This document shows positions 50,601-63,900 of a DNA stretch of 64,000 nucleotides, piece by piece (within the stretch, counting starts at the first letter, position 1; each line of letters starts with the position of its first letter). The translations under genes and the position numbers were made by a program. Origin of the DNA: Antedon mediterranea (Eukaryota > Animalia > Echinodermata); the NCBI RefSeq assembly GCF_964355755.1, contig NC_092673.1, positions 23,495,648-23,559,647 on the forward strand, read 5' to 3'. The notes below the pieces were generated by a model. It was not told where the DNA came from and did not search any database. It saw nothing but the letters and a program-made list of their open reading frames with translations.

Positions 50601-51108
50601 ATTATTATTATATTTATATATTCCTGCATTATTTATTTAAAGAATAAAAAAAGGTGATCAAATAATACTCAAAGGGAGACCCATCAAATATGCTATAAAA
50701 AGAAAAGAAAACCACTAAATAAAACGGCTTTTAAATGTTAACAGAAAATATGATGACATGATGTATTATTTCCATGCTGTTTTATGCGTCCTTGAAAGAG
50801 TAAATGAATAAGGTTAATAAAGTATTATTATCACTAATTTGTATTGCGTTTACCACGAATATTTTGAATAATAATATAATACGAAGAATAATTAAGAATT
50901 GAGTTATTCATGTAAATATGTATATTATCTCAGTTGCGGTAGTCACCATGTCGCAACTTGTACGGTTCTTTATTAATAATAAGTAGGCTTACACTCAAAT
51001 TCAATATTTTGTTTGTAAAAGTATTATGGAATATTAAATCATTTAAATTGTGGCGCACTGAACGCACGCCAAGACTGTTACAACATTCCTTCTTTAGGAT
51101 GTTATTAT

Positions 51109-51216
51109 AACAAGGCTATATACATGACTGCAGTCGCGTGCGCAAATTTGAGTTAGTGTTTACTGACCGACCAACCGACCGACCAACTAACCGACATAGC
51201 GAGCTGTAAACTAAAA
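51109..51216 (-). mobile_element. Helentron/DINE-1-like element, subfamily 1 (5' palindrome deleted)
   Basis: Reverse complement of the family. Confidence 0.7.
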
Positions 51217-53155
51217 TGAACATGGATAACAAGAGCACAAAGATTTACTGATACGTTTATAAATTGAATACCTGAAATAAATTGCAAATCTCAATGCTCA
51301 TTTTTAAAGCGTGTGACGTCATAGGCAACGCGTAATGATTACGTCATCATTTGTTGACATGTTAAGAAAAAGATGGTGAAGATTATACATTAAAGTTTAT
51401 TTATTATCTTGAGAAAATCTAGCAGACACAATTAACAATTTGTATTCCTGCCAATAACTATTGTTAACAGTCGTCGTTTGACAGTTGTTTCATTTAAAGA
51501 TAGGAATTAATTGGAAATTGTCAGCAACCTAAGGCGTTGTTTATCATCACCGATTAATACAAGTAGTTTGAAAGTTATTTGAAATTATAAAGGCGACTGA
51601 AAATCACGATTGCGCCGTTATATAAGTATTGATACCCATAAACAGGTTTTAGGAGGCTGTAAAGATCCAATGCCCTTTCCTACCTCAGATCATCACTTTG
51701 CAAAAAAATTATTATTATAAAAAAATGTTTAGGTTGTACGAAGCGTCAAGCCACAGCTGGTGAGTCAAAAAGTCATTCTGCTCAGAAACATAATGAAAAC
51801 GCGCAAATGTATTTTCAAAAGATACGTTACCGGTAGTCTTGGCGCGTCGCCAATAGGAAGCCTTCGTTTAAACGGCGTGTCAATAATTTGAAAACATTAA
51901 TTATAGGAAACTTTTTCAAAACTGATGAGAGCGAATGATAATTCTCATAAGCTTTTAATTATTATATATTATCCTAACTATCTTGTAATTGTATATACTG
52001 ATACTATTCAATTTGATATTAATTATTTTATCATGATTTGTTTGATATCAACTAAAAGAAATGTCATATTTTTTTGGAAGTTAAACTCGATAGACATGTA
52101 GTTGCTTTTTCTCTCTCTCTCTCTCTCCTTCCTTTTATTCATTATTTCAATGTTATATTAATGTTTTTTGCTTGCATATGCAAACAAATCGTTCACAGCC
52201 AGCTGTTGAGTTGCAAAGAAAGTCTGCCAACGCTCATAAGCATAAGCAGTTCGACTCAATAGCTACGTATTAGTGGCGCGTCGCAATTATCTATTTTACT
52301 TCGAAGAATCAGAATATTATTCGTTTTGCATCAGTGAAATCGACAAAGAAACCTCGAAGATTCTATAAAATAAAAAAAAACATCGAAATAAATAATCAAT
52401 TATAGGCATGTGAATGTGTACGCAAGCACCATTGAACAGACAACAAATCTTGACGTAGGCATGCAAATACTGATAATGAGCACGTGAGTTCGTGGCGTCA
52501 TTGTGAAATGTAAATTTTAAAATCATACTGTTTTTTTTGTAATTAAAAACAATCCCGACTAATCAGAAGACACTACCCATCACGCCACAATAATTCACAC
52601 TACGTTGTACCAATATAAACTGAGGAACAATATAAAATGTCATTACTGTAAATGTCAATTGATATTTTTACGATTTTCACCCTGATAAACAACTATAAAA
52701 CATTGTATTTTAAAGCATTCACGTCAGCTAAGTTTACTTCAACTTACTTTAAAAGAAAAGAAAGTTTTAAATTATAGTATTTTAGAGTTATAAACATTCT
52801 ACAAGCAGAAAGTTCGAGTTTGTTTATATAAAAAAAAAGAAAATGCATATTCCTTTAATGTGTTAAAACAATTGAACACGTTTAATTAATAATTATATAT
52901 CCTTGTTTGTATCATATTTATTTGTAATATGTAATGTTGTTGAAGGTCATTTCCATGCTCAAATGTATTTAGCATTTTCTTTTTTTCTTTGGTTGAAAAG
53001 TTTACGAAGAAATCCGCGTCAAAGCCAAAAACAATTATTAAAAAGTATTATTAGAAAAATGAATAGAAAAACAATATAAAAATCTTTCGGGGTTGATTTT
53101 TATCTGGCTTTGACATCGTACAAGGGATGTGTAGCCTACGTACGAGGCTATCTGT

Positions 53156-53268
53156 AACAAGGCCATACATGTCGTGTGCTCAAGTTAGTGTTTACCGACC
53201 AACCGACCGACCGACCAACCGACCGACATAGTGAGCTGTAGAGTCGCGTTGCACGCACGCGACTAAAA
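53156..53268 (-). mobile_element. Helentron/DINE-1-like element, subfamily 1
   Basis: Reverse complement of the family. Confidence 0.7.
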
Positions 53269-53720
53269 TACACTTGACCTATAATATTGACCTAGAAACA
53301 TTCTATTTAATCAGAAAAATACGTTACTAAAAGTATTATGTACATTTGGCTCCTGCCTATATTGAAATTTTGAAACACTTTTACAACCGCTTGCCAATCA
53401 ATTAATTCTGCCATTTTAAATGTTGTTTTACCTCCTTGATGTTAAAAACAAACCCCTTTTTGAGTCAATCCATCTAGGAAGAAACAATCCATATAATATA
53501 CTTTGTCATTTCTTAAATGTATGTGTTTTTACGGTTACTGCTAATAAATGTTAGCCTTAGGCTTAGATATAATGGTTATCTCCTCAGTAGCATACTTATC
53601 GAGTAAGCTAAGTAAATGCTAATAAGAAGATGAAAAATTAAGTAGAACTGCTAGAGGAAAACCAGACACAATCATTTCTAGTTTTGATTGATATAGTGGT
53701 AGGAATTAGAATTGTCTCGT

Positions 53721-53841
53721 TTTTTAGTCGCGTGGACGAGACTCTATAGTTCACTATGTCGGTCGGTCGGTCTGTCGGTCTGTCTGTCGGTCCGGTATCA
53801 CTATGCGTTTTAGCACGCGACTTATGGCTGTTAGGCTTGTT
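53721..53841 (+). mobile_element. Helentron/DINE-1-like element, subfamily 2
   Basis: Nearly identical to 17148-17268. Confidence 0.75.
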
Positions 53842-54587
53842 AATGATTAAGATACTATCTGTAGTTAAATAACTTTCAGTTAAAGGCGTTTAACACTTCA
53901 CATTCAGATACGTGCTTATATTAAAATCGATGAACTAAAATAGCATTCTGCACGTTGGTATTAGTACCGTAATCAAATAAAACATTAACAATTATTTTAG
54001 TATAAAGAGCTCACCCCACGACTGTCGTTATATTTAATGAACTGTAAGTAAACTGGTGGTGTTAGTTGAATGCAAAAGTGTCGGCTTGCAGTCACTTTAA
54101 CTGTGCATTGCAAGCACGTGTTATAAATCGTTCATGTGGTCCATTTATTCATGCATACATGTGGTTGCTATATACAAGCAGGCAGGCGGTTGTTATATGC
54201 AAATATGTAGTTTGTCGGAAGAAGTCATGGATGTGGAAACAAGCAAGCAGTTTGCCATTTTATGCAAGCATTTAAGTGATCGTTTATACAAGCGTTTTAA
54301 TACTAGTTATATTATGCATGCAGGTGGGTATGCAAGCAGAATCGTCATGCAATCATTGCAGGTTGCCATTATGCAATCGTGTAGATAATTTTATAAAAGT
54401 ATGCATGTGATCGTATGTACAACTATGTAGGTGGTCGTTATATGTAAGCATAATACAGTATAGGTGGTTAGGGGATAGTTATACAGTATAATGTAAGCAT
54501 GCATTTATTCGGCATGGAGTGGTAGTTATTATAAAACACGTGATCATGTTATGAAATAATTCCGTTAAGTATATACATGTGGCCGTT

Positions 54588-54822
54588 ATTTATTCATTTA
54601 TTCATTCAATCTTTTATTTCGGAATCTCTGGTCCATAGAAAGTAAAAATTACATATAAATGAAATAAAACAAGACTAGTTACTAATACTCATCTCAGGAT
54701 GGCATTCCACATGGAGAGCAAATTTGACTTAACTAATACGTTGCTTATAATCGTTGACTAAATAATTTTCGCTTGTATTTAGTCAACCCATCAGGCCATA
54801 TATTGATTGATTGATTGATTGA
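54588..54822 (-). mobile_element. Short LINE/SINE 3' tail inserted in the minisatellite
   Basis: Minus strand ctatggaccagagattccgaaataaaagattgaatgaat tail; interrupts the 23-bp repeat. Confidence 0.4.
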
Positions 54823-54931
54823 TTCGTTATGCAAGCATTCGTGAAAGTCGTTATTGGCCAGCATGCGGTTAGATAATATAGAATATGAGAGATGATAGGT
54901 ATATGCAACCATAGATGGTATATCGTTGTAT

Positions 54932-55170
54932 ACAAACATGCAAGTGGTCTTTATATGCAAATATGCAGGTGGTCGTTATGCAAACATGCAGGTTGTCGTT
55001 ATGCAAACTTGCACGTGGTCGTTATGCATACATGCAAGTGGTCGTTATGCAAACCTGCAAGTGGTCGTTATGCAAATATGCAGGTGGTCATTATGCAAAC
55101 ATGCAGGTGGTCGTTATGCAAACATGCAGGTGGTCGTTATGCAAACATGCAGGTGGTCGTTATGGTCGTT
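54932..55170 (+). repeat. 23-bp minisatellite ATGCAAACATGCAGGTGGTCGTT, about 10 clean copies; degenerate copies extend back to about 54040
   Basis: 23-bp period seen directly (54978, 55001, ...). Confidence 0.9.
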
Positions 55171-56067
55171 GTAAATATTGCGGACAATTTATAAACACAG
55201 TTTAATGCGATACCCGAAATTCTGTCAAGTATGATGAACAGTAAGATATTTTGAAAAAAATAGGGTGTGTGTGTTATTCAAATCAATTAGTCGAGGAAGT
55301 ATTCTAGTTCCTGCAATTAAGTCCTTTAGACAAACTGGTAACATGGTGGTTGCATCAGAAGCTAGTGGTGTTCTATATAAGATAACATGATGTATTCTGT
55401 AAATATATGTACGAGGCAGCCGGATTTCATACGGTATCATGTCAATAGTTACAATAATTATCCTGCAGTATCGCGTCTGCTGTCTGGCGACAAGTTATAA
55501 CGCTTTTTAAGATGAAACTACTGATGTGTCAAAATAAACTATATGGTATGAAATGATACCATTCTTGTATCGGAGGTGTGTTTGAGATTGGGTTGCTTTA
55601 TATACTAAATAGCATTATTACTGTTACTCTGTATCTTAAATAAAGCTTCCTGAGACACTTTCCTACAATATTATAATTTGGGCTGTAGAAACTTTCATGC
55701 ATTCAAAAAGTAACTTAGGAATACTTGTTGAATACGTTTAACTCCTAACGGATGGTAAATATTTTATATTTAATTTTGAAATGTTATAAGTAATATAGTT
55801 TGTGTAATGCGCCCTGGTTAGTAGTTCAACCGTGATATTAATGTATATTACTTCGAATTGTGACCCAGTTTTCCAAGGAATTTAGAGTTTAGTTCAGAGT
55901 AAAATGTTTCAAAGAGTTAAAGGCAAACATAGGCAATGTTACGATTGTTCTGGTTATAGCGATCGTGTTACCTTGTATTGCATTCTTAATAAGGCCTAAA
56001 CTAATTTACATGCATCAACCTAGACTTAACCCGAAGTCTGTATTGTTTTATTTTACTTTGATCTATT

Positions 56068-56102
<35 letters not shown>

Positions 56103-56131
56103 TAAAACGATAAAGTAAACAGCCAGAAAAG

Positions 56132-56173
56132 TTAGCAGAGCTTTCGGGCAACACTAGCCCTTCATCAGTGCAA
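56132..56173 (-). ncRNA. Minimal type I hammerhead ribozyme of the Penelope-like-element type
   Basis: Minus strand reads TTGCA-CTGATGA-A-GGGC-TAGTGTT-GCCC-GAAA-GCTC-TGCTAA: intact CUGAUGA and GAAA boxes, 4-bp stem II, palindromic AGCT in place of stem III, short stem I. Confidence 0.75.
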
Positions 56174-56206
56174 GGTATGTCAAAATATATATAACTATAA
56201 CTATGA

Positions 56207-56467
56207 CGCCCGGTGATATACTGAAATTTAATTAATTAATTTGAAACGATAAAGATGAGAAAATCTGTGAGAATGAGAAAAAGTCGCCCCAACCGAGACT
56301 CGAACTCGGACCGCCTGCTTGATATGCAGATGTCCTAACCATTAGACCACTGGAGCTTTCATGGTATTGTTCGAACTCGATTGGATAACGACTCTTTAAC
56401 CTTCTCGGCGTGGTACGGCGGAACAGCACTAGTCCTCAGAGATCAAATTGATACGCCCTTATCTTTC
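56207..56467 (-). mobile_element. Single truncated copy of the 364-bp tRNA-like element
   Basis: Reverse complement of the array-1 type unit, with a small internal deletion between two CTG microhomologies. Confidence 0.9.
56285..56356 (-). tRNA. tRNA-like gene (ATC), array-1 type
   Basis: Reverse-complement cloverleaf; C3 to T keeps pairing as a G-U wobble. Confidence 0.55.
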
Positions 56468-57004
56468 ATGATTAAAGTATTACATTTTCCACTCAGGCAC
56501 CTCACAAGACTGTAACCTCCGACCTCAGCTTTATGTTTGTAATTGGTCGTAAAGCCATTGGCATTATTATGAATGTGGTGGTATCTCATATTATAACCTT
56601 TGCAATCACCACCAATTAATAAATATTATTTCATATATCATATCTGACAACATAGTCATTTTACTTTACAGTTTCCGCCCAGGCACATCACAAAAACTGT
56701 AACCTCCGACCTGATCATGACATTACTTAACCTAAGACTCTTTCCTGGTGATACCCAGCAATGCTTTTTATGAAGCTAGTAGCGACTTCCTGTAGCAGTA
56801 TAGTAGTAGTAGTTGAATTTGAAGAATAATGCCTTGAGTGTTCACCGGGATTGACCGTTCTGTTCATTTTATAACATCCTATATAGTCCGGTCAAATTTC
56901 GGTTCAGACCTAGAACAAATTAGAACAGAATATATTTTTGAAAATAGAAAACAAATTAAAAAAATTTAGAAAATAAATTAACTCTCTACAACTAGCGATT
57001 GGCG

Positions 57005-57196
57005 TTTTATGGTCGCGACTCTATAGTTCACTATGTCGGTCGGTCGGTCTGTCTGTCGGTCCGGTATCACTATGCGTTTTATCGCTTTTCTGTACTTTTT
57101 GAACTGTTTTGATGTACAGAAAAGTTTTAAAGTACATTACTTTTTGAAATTTCATTTTTTTCTGAAAGCACGCGACTTATGGCTGTTGGCCTTGTT
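57005..57196 (+). mobile_element. Helentron/DINE-1-like element, subfamily 2, longer form with about 85 bp of extra internal sequence
   Basis: Same core and 3' end, with extra sequence between tgcgtttta and gcacgcgact. Confidence 0.7.
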
Positions 57197-57804
57197 ACCC
57201 TTAATTTGCAAATTTCAGCTAATTTGCATATGTTCCCAAAGTGTGACCGAGGTGTGATTTGTGGAATTTAATCGCCACATCATGTGGGTTCAATTAAAAA
57301 AATGCTTAGTTCGCAATTTGTTTGACTTTAAATTCTAGATTGCCTAGACTATACTTGATATATAGAAAAACACTGTAAAAATAACGGCCTTTTTGGTTTT
57401 ATGGACATTAACCTAATTTCTTCAACTACATTGTTGATATGTTGTTCTGATAGGTCTTTAGAGATATTTACCACAAACATAAATTCTGTTCTATTTTTGT
57501 CTGCATGGGTATACCCATTATTTTTGCTACATTGACCGAACTAATAGTGTTGTTTTTCCCGTTTTTTTTTTACCTTGAGAGCAGACCCGTTGTAACGTTC
57601 TACTCCACGGTACCTTCACACACTGTTCAAGCCTAACGCTGTACAACAATTTCTAATTTTGTTCAAACACACCCCTTCATATAGTACCTTAAATCATTAA
57701 CATTAATGACGTTGACGACACGTGATACGAAATTAACCAATCAAATGATAAAGATACACTTTAGGTATTTCATAAAACAAATTATTACGATTTAAACGTT
57801 CTAA

Positions 57805-58172
57805 GAGATTCAAGATTCAAGATTCAAGAAATTTTATTTGTCCATAAAAATGGAAATTCACTTTGCTTGCTAGATTAAAACAACAATATTGCAACAATTT
57901 AAAAACGTGCAGTATTATAACAGATTAAAAATACAAGATAAAAAGTTAAAAATACTGTTAAAAATGTAAAACTATTAAAAATTGCATTAACGTCTTACAT
58001 TAGAATTAAAAATATGAATGCTATTTACAACGAAGGATTTTCTAGTTCTACAAAGATTTGCTCCTGGAGGTCGTAGCCTAATGCCTGATCTATTTAAGTT
58101 TTAACAGTAATGTAACGGATGAGTGGGGTCTTTCATAATATTGTTTACTTTTTTTAGAATACTTAATACTTA
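57805..58172 (-). mobile_element. 3' end of a Rex1/Babar-type LINE
   Basis: Minus-strand IMKDPTHPLHYC*NLNRSGIRLRPPGANLCRTRKSFVVNSIHIFN matches the DxxHP...SGxR...RxxxSF C-terminal pattern; (TTGAATC)n tail. Confidence 0.65.
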
Positions 58173-59274
58173 ATTGACCTCCAACTTGTAGGGGCGAACA
58201 TACTATTATAGGAATACAAAGCCACTGTAAATGTGAAACTAATCCTTTGTAAGAGGTGGTCCAATGACATCAATTATAACGTCACAGATGACGTAATTTT
58301 CCACGATACAATTGTGAAGAAGTATGTGGGTGCAGTTAGTCATTATTATTTGAAAGATGTCCCACGATCTATATTTATTTAAATTGCAATGAATATAGAT
58401 AGATACGAATACATTTATTCACCTCTTTCACACATCCATATGTCCTTCTTGTTCACTTTCACATCTCCAATTTCTCTTGCAATGGACCCCATTGGAAATA
58501 AATTGACTTGTTGATTTTATGGGTCGTCCTTGCATCCATTCACTTTGGTTTTATTCAATTTTAATATTCCAATTGTTTGTATTTTTTCTTTGTTATGTAT
58601 TGTTGAATGGATGCTAAATGAATAAATGAAAAAAAAAATGAAATTACAATGTTATAAACGAACAATTTAATAGAATGTGGTCTTATAAAACCGAATGTTT
58701 GTATGTTTGAGACAAACTTACATTAATTACCTTTTTTTATTGTATTTTTAATTTATATACAGTACCGTAGTAACTCAAAACTGCAACTGCTCTAGCAAAA
58801 ATAAAGGCAACTGCACAAACCAAAAAAGAATAGAGAGATCTTGTAAAGTGAATTTCCAGAGGACTCTAGGAGGAGAAGCACGCGGGGAGCTCTCTGCAAC
58901 GAGGATGTAAAGTAAGTTTCAGTAAACATAATTAATACAACTAGTATACAGTAAATTAAGCTATATTATTTAAAAACCATAAATGTTGTCTTTTTACAGT
59001 ATTTTACAATTATCACTATATAGCCATTACTTTTTAAAATATTCGTATTAATATCAATATTTTTAATGTTTAAACAAAATGCAACGTTGTTCAACACAAT
59101 ATTCGTATTGCGTTACATCATATTCCTTCTGTGTGTACTAAAAAGGAAATACGGAAAATAATCACTGTTTTTAATGGTAATCTGAAATAGATTGACCTCC
59201 AACTTGTAGGGGCGAACATACTATTATAGGAATACAAAGCCACTGTAAATGTGAAACTAATCCTTTGCAAGAGG
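58173..59274 (+). repeat. 84-bp direct repeat pair (58173-58256 and 59191-59274)
   Basis: 83 of 84 bases identical, 1018 bp apart. Confidence 0.9.
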
Positions 59275-60580
59275 ATGTAGATCGGCCAATCGGTCACTCG
59301 TCTAGTACGAACCCTTTCGATTAATTTCATCGGGCATGTTATTAACCATTAAAGTGAAATTATCCCAATCATTTAAATTATTCTGATGAGTGATTAGCAT
59401 TAGGCAAGACCACTTCTGAGTGTTGATGGTCGATTTCTCCGGTTCTATTTTCAATAAATCATACGTCTAAACTTACCGGTGGAATAATCCATTATTATTA
59501 ATTTTGAATAAACCACATTTTTCATAAAAAAAAAAGAACGAACAAATTGCAGTAAAACTATTACATTATTCCATACACGCAGTAACAAAATTCATAATAT
59601 AATAATTAATAATATCACTATGTTTTTAATGATGTATTTTAAATTTCAAATCATCGAATTATGACACTGGATGTGTCGGTACGTCAATAATGGTTTCGAC
59701 CATTTCTCTATGAACGTTTGCGTATATCAAGTAATGCGATGGACAACCTTTAATATATCGCCAATCTCGCTCGGTACATCTTTACACAGCGAATCGAACT
59801 TATACTATACTAACGATATATACTACAAGGTAAGTTTTCTGTACTTGTCTTATATAGCTTAGGCAGTTGTTTTGGTATTATTATAATGTTTTATAGGCTT
59901 AGGGTTTCCGTGCTGTTTATCGTTATTGTTGGTATGCTTATCCAGTGTGTGAACATTCATATGAAACTATCTATTTTGGTTGTAATAATCATATTCCTCT
60001 AAACATAAATATCTTTGATACAGTTTTTTAAAACTGTTTTAGATTTAATAAAGCATAAAATTAATGGTTTATTTTGTTGCAGTTTTCTGCTAAACATCCT
60101 GTCCGATATGATGAATTAACATTTCTAGAACGGGGGTTTGAACGCAATCGAAACGTTTAGGTTTGATACAACAAAGTAAAAATAATTAAGAAATACTGTA
60201 GGCCTACTTTATGTCATTTGGTTAGACGTTAAGCCAAATACCATGGGTTGGACTTTTCCTCCAGACAAATTTACTACCAGGTTAATGGGTCGCATTCCCA
60301 TGGACGTCTTGTAACTAAATCTTTCATGCAATAAGTAATAATATCAATATCCAATATATATTTTATTGTCAAAATAGTAAAAAGCATTGCTTGAAATTCA
60401 AGCTGAATTTACACATACAATCGTCTAAAACTAAAATATATTCTAACTTAAATGCAATTTTTACACTAAATTTTACTGACTCCTTTATATGTTTTCTGAA
60501 TAAGGTAACATTGTATTCAAACCGTTCACTGTTGATATAATATTGTGACGAATTGATTGTTTCATACTTTATTTTGATTT

Positions 60581-60670
60581 TGTAGTGTAGATATAGGTGG
60601 TTAACGTGCCTTCCAATCTAAAGGTACATGGTTCAATTCTTGGATTGTGACCAAAATCTTTCTACTCCAC
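60581..60670 (+). mobile_element. Degenerate head of the same tRNA SINE
   Basis: gtggttaacgtgccttccaatc...ggttcaattc...actccac. Confidence 0.4.
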
Positions 60671-60787
60671 TACACCTGTTATTCTACTACCCTCTAAGCT
60701 CAAGTGATAATTATACTTCCATCTTCTAATATTGTCGAATTACTTGATGTATGTTGAGAAAAGAGAATAAATTCTGCAGTACAAAAT

Positions 60788-60908
60788 GCTGCTGATGATG
60801 ATGCTGATGATGATGATAATGACGACGACGATGATGAGGAGGATGATGATATTGATGATGACGACGACGATGATGATAACGACGACGGCGAAGACAATGA
60901 CGATGATG
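60788..60908 (+). repeat. (GAT/GAC)n trinucleotide microsatellite
   Basis: Seen directly. Confidence 0.9.
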
Positions 60909-63900
60909 AATGGACATATTGATAAAAAGAACGGATGAGGTTTCTCCCTTTTTTCACATTATATCTTTCACGAGATCGAATCATTACGATTTATTACCTA
61001 TTTTATGTTGGTAGGCTATATTTTTCTTTTACTTTATACAATGGCTTATATTATTTTATTATATGTGATATGTGATATCATTAATCCCATATCTCAATCA
61101 ATGTCTTGTTTTTTCTTCATAACATCCGTATAACTATTTATCACTAGTTTTTACTGGCCTACGAAACGATGCGTGGGTTAGGCGTGAATAAAGCCATATG
61201 AAAAATGGATGGATGGATGGATGGATGAATTGAGAAAAATGGTTGTTGAATGGATAGATTCATGTATCTATAGCAGTGATGTATCGATGGTTTTAGTTGG
61301 ATGGGTTTATAAGTGGTATAAATTGAGGAATGAAGTGGTGAATAGATTCATTACATTAGTGATCATTGATTGGTTGCACCAAGTGATGATTGAATGGCAG
61401 ATGAGAAGTACAGATTGATTGTGGATCCATGCATGCATGCACGTTGGGTGAATAAAAGGGTAAAAAGCATGTGACCGTGTTTTTTCAAAGGCCTGGTGGT
61501 AACACGTCATTATGTAACATAAACATATGGATTTATAAAGATAAACTGACATATAATAGATTTACATATAGTTTTATGAAATCAACTTGTCATACTTAAA
61601 CCTGTACTTATACACTTTTTATTGTTTTATAGATTAAGTAAAACATTATTGAGAATAAAATTTGTAAACGGTACCATAATCCATCAATCAAAAAGTATTT
61701 TATGTAAGTGAAAAAGACACACTATGAATAAAGTGTATTACCCCGTCTTTATTGTGCTGGAGGTGTCCCCTTTAGGCCTATATGGGTTATAGTGTACTGT
61801 ATGATTAATTGATTTTAAATTAATTACCATATTTCATAGTTTCATCATATGTATTGTTGTTGAACAAACAATAATACAAAATATTACAATAACATAACAC
61901 ATTGTATCACCAATGCATATACAAAATTACGCTTTTAATCAGTATTCATGTACACATATCGATTATCCATAACAACGATACAAAAATAACACTAATAAAT
62001 CCACTTATTAGCAATGACATATCGTTTTTATACATATATGTATTTATAAATGCATGTGTGATTTCCATATAGCCAGCTTGTCCAGGAGTCCAATTAATGC
62101 ATTGATGAAGCTAAGCTGTGTTTATGAGTTTTTAGTGGTATAGGTTGTAGATTACGTCAGATGAGGTACTTGAAGTTTAATTAAACGATCCAGTGTAGAA
62201 TGCTGTGTTCACCCTGATATCGGTTTAGCAGCTGTAACATTATTAAAGCCACACTAATGCGTATTAATCCCTGATAGATTAGATTCTACATTGTTATTGT
62301 TCGTATTTTATCATGGCAAATGGATATTATGTATTAAATTCGCACAAACATTATATATATCATGATAATCATGAACGTTCATTAGATAATGTGCTTTAGT
62401 AAGGAGTTGTCTATGCTGCATCTGCATTGGGTCTGTATCATATGCAAATTTTGTGATACAGCATTCCATGTGTTTAACCTGTATCATAATACCTAACCAT
62501 CCAACACGCACCACATGTGACACACATGGAATGCTGTATCATGGTATTATTATAGGATACTGGCGATTCGGGTAAATGTTTCATGTCTCTTAAACATAGT
62601 ACCCTACACATTTTACATTTCTGTAAGGTAACGTTATGATATCCGTTTTATTTTATTTTTATGTTAAAGGTCAGGTACGGGATAAACATTTCTATTGATC
62701 ATACATTTCAAGTAGGCTTATAGATCTATAGTTTCCCCTAATTATCATAATTTTTGGCATTTTTTTTGTGGTACAAGAGCTTGTTGTTATCAGTGAGGTG
62801 TGATAGTTTAAATTACACAACAAATTCTCTATTCTTTTGTTCACAAATATTGTAAATAGAGAGGCATTTGAAAAAAACTATAAAAAAAATAAATAAACGG
62901 TATGGTAAAAATGTTATCAGATAGGTAATATAACTTAAATTTGACGTTTCTATAGTATTTTTTATTCAATTTCAGAGTTTTATTTTCATACTATAGCAGA
63001 AATTATCCACCGTATATCCACCATATTTTTCACCTTTTAGGGATTCACCATACATGTTAATACATTAGGTGAAACTACCTAACTACTGAAAAAAAGTCTT
63101 TTTGGTTTTTATAGCAGAATTTTGCCAAATTTTGTATTAGACCATTTTAAGGGAAAATCATGTTTTTTTCGTCTTGATTTCTATTACAAAATTATATTTG
63201 ATTTATGTACAATTAACCAGATATTATATTTAACATTCATGCATGTACCTAAGCTTTAAGGTAAATGGGCTGCTTTCCAGACATGATGTAAATCGTTGCA
63301 ATAACGGAAGTAGTGGTAATATTAAATGTACGAATGAAATAAAATATCCAAAGTGGCGATACGGTAATGGTTCACCTTTATTAATAAGATATATGGGTAA
63401 TTTATGGTACGTCATATGGTACCGTGTGGTATTATATGTTGACATATGACAATGTATGCCAGAATATACGATTTAGTAACTAATCAAGGAATGCGAATAA
63501 AATAACATGCATTGGCGGTAATGCTATACGTCTCTGTCCCAGCGCATGGCTGAAGTGAGACATTTTAGAAACTTGATACTCTTATAATAATAGGCCACAA
63601 CTCTGATATACAGTTAAAGAAGGGGCTCATTACATGACGCTTCACGTTATCTATATAAGTGGTGTTATTATCAATGTCGTTGCAAAGATTTCTATCAAAT
63701 AACAAACATAGATAGTTTTAACACGTAGCTACTATTTTTTTCCACGAATCTATTTTTATGTTAATAATGTCGTTTCTCTAAAATAAAGTAATGTTTTCTT
63801 TTAATTGTTGCAGTGATGATTGATTTATCAAAATATTTTTACTGTATTGTGTGTTTATCGTGTCAACTCGCATTGTGTAAAAATATGTTTATCCGATGCT

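Noticed and set aside
51918-51960. CTGATGA-GAG...CTC-ATAAGCTT as a hammerhead ribozyme
   Set aside because: GAAA box absent, stem II only 3 bp, no convincing stem I.
54892-55205. Overlapping ORFs in all three frames
   Set aside because: A stop-free 23-bp minisatellite cycling through frames.
60700-60984. Ser-rich and His-rich ORFs
   Set aside because: (GAT/GAC)n microsatellite.
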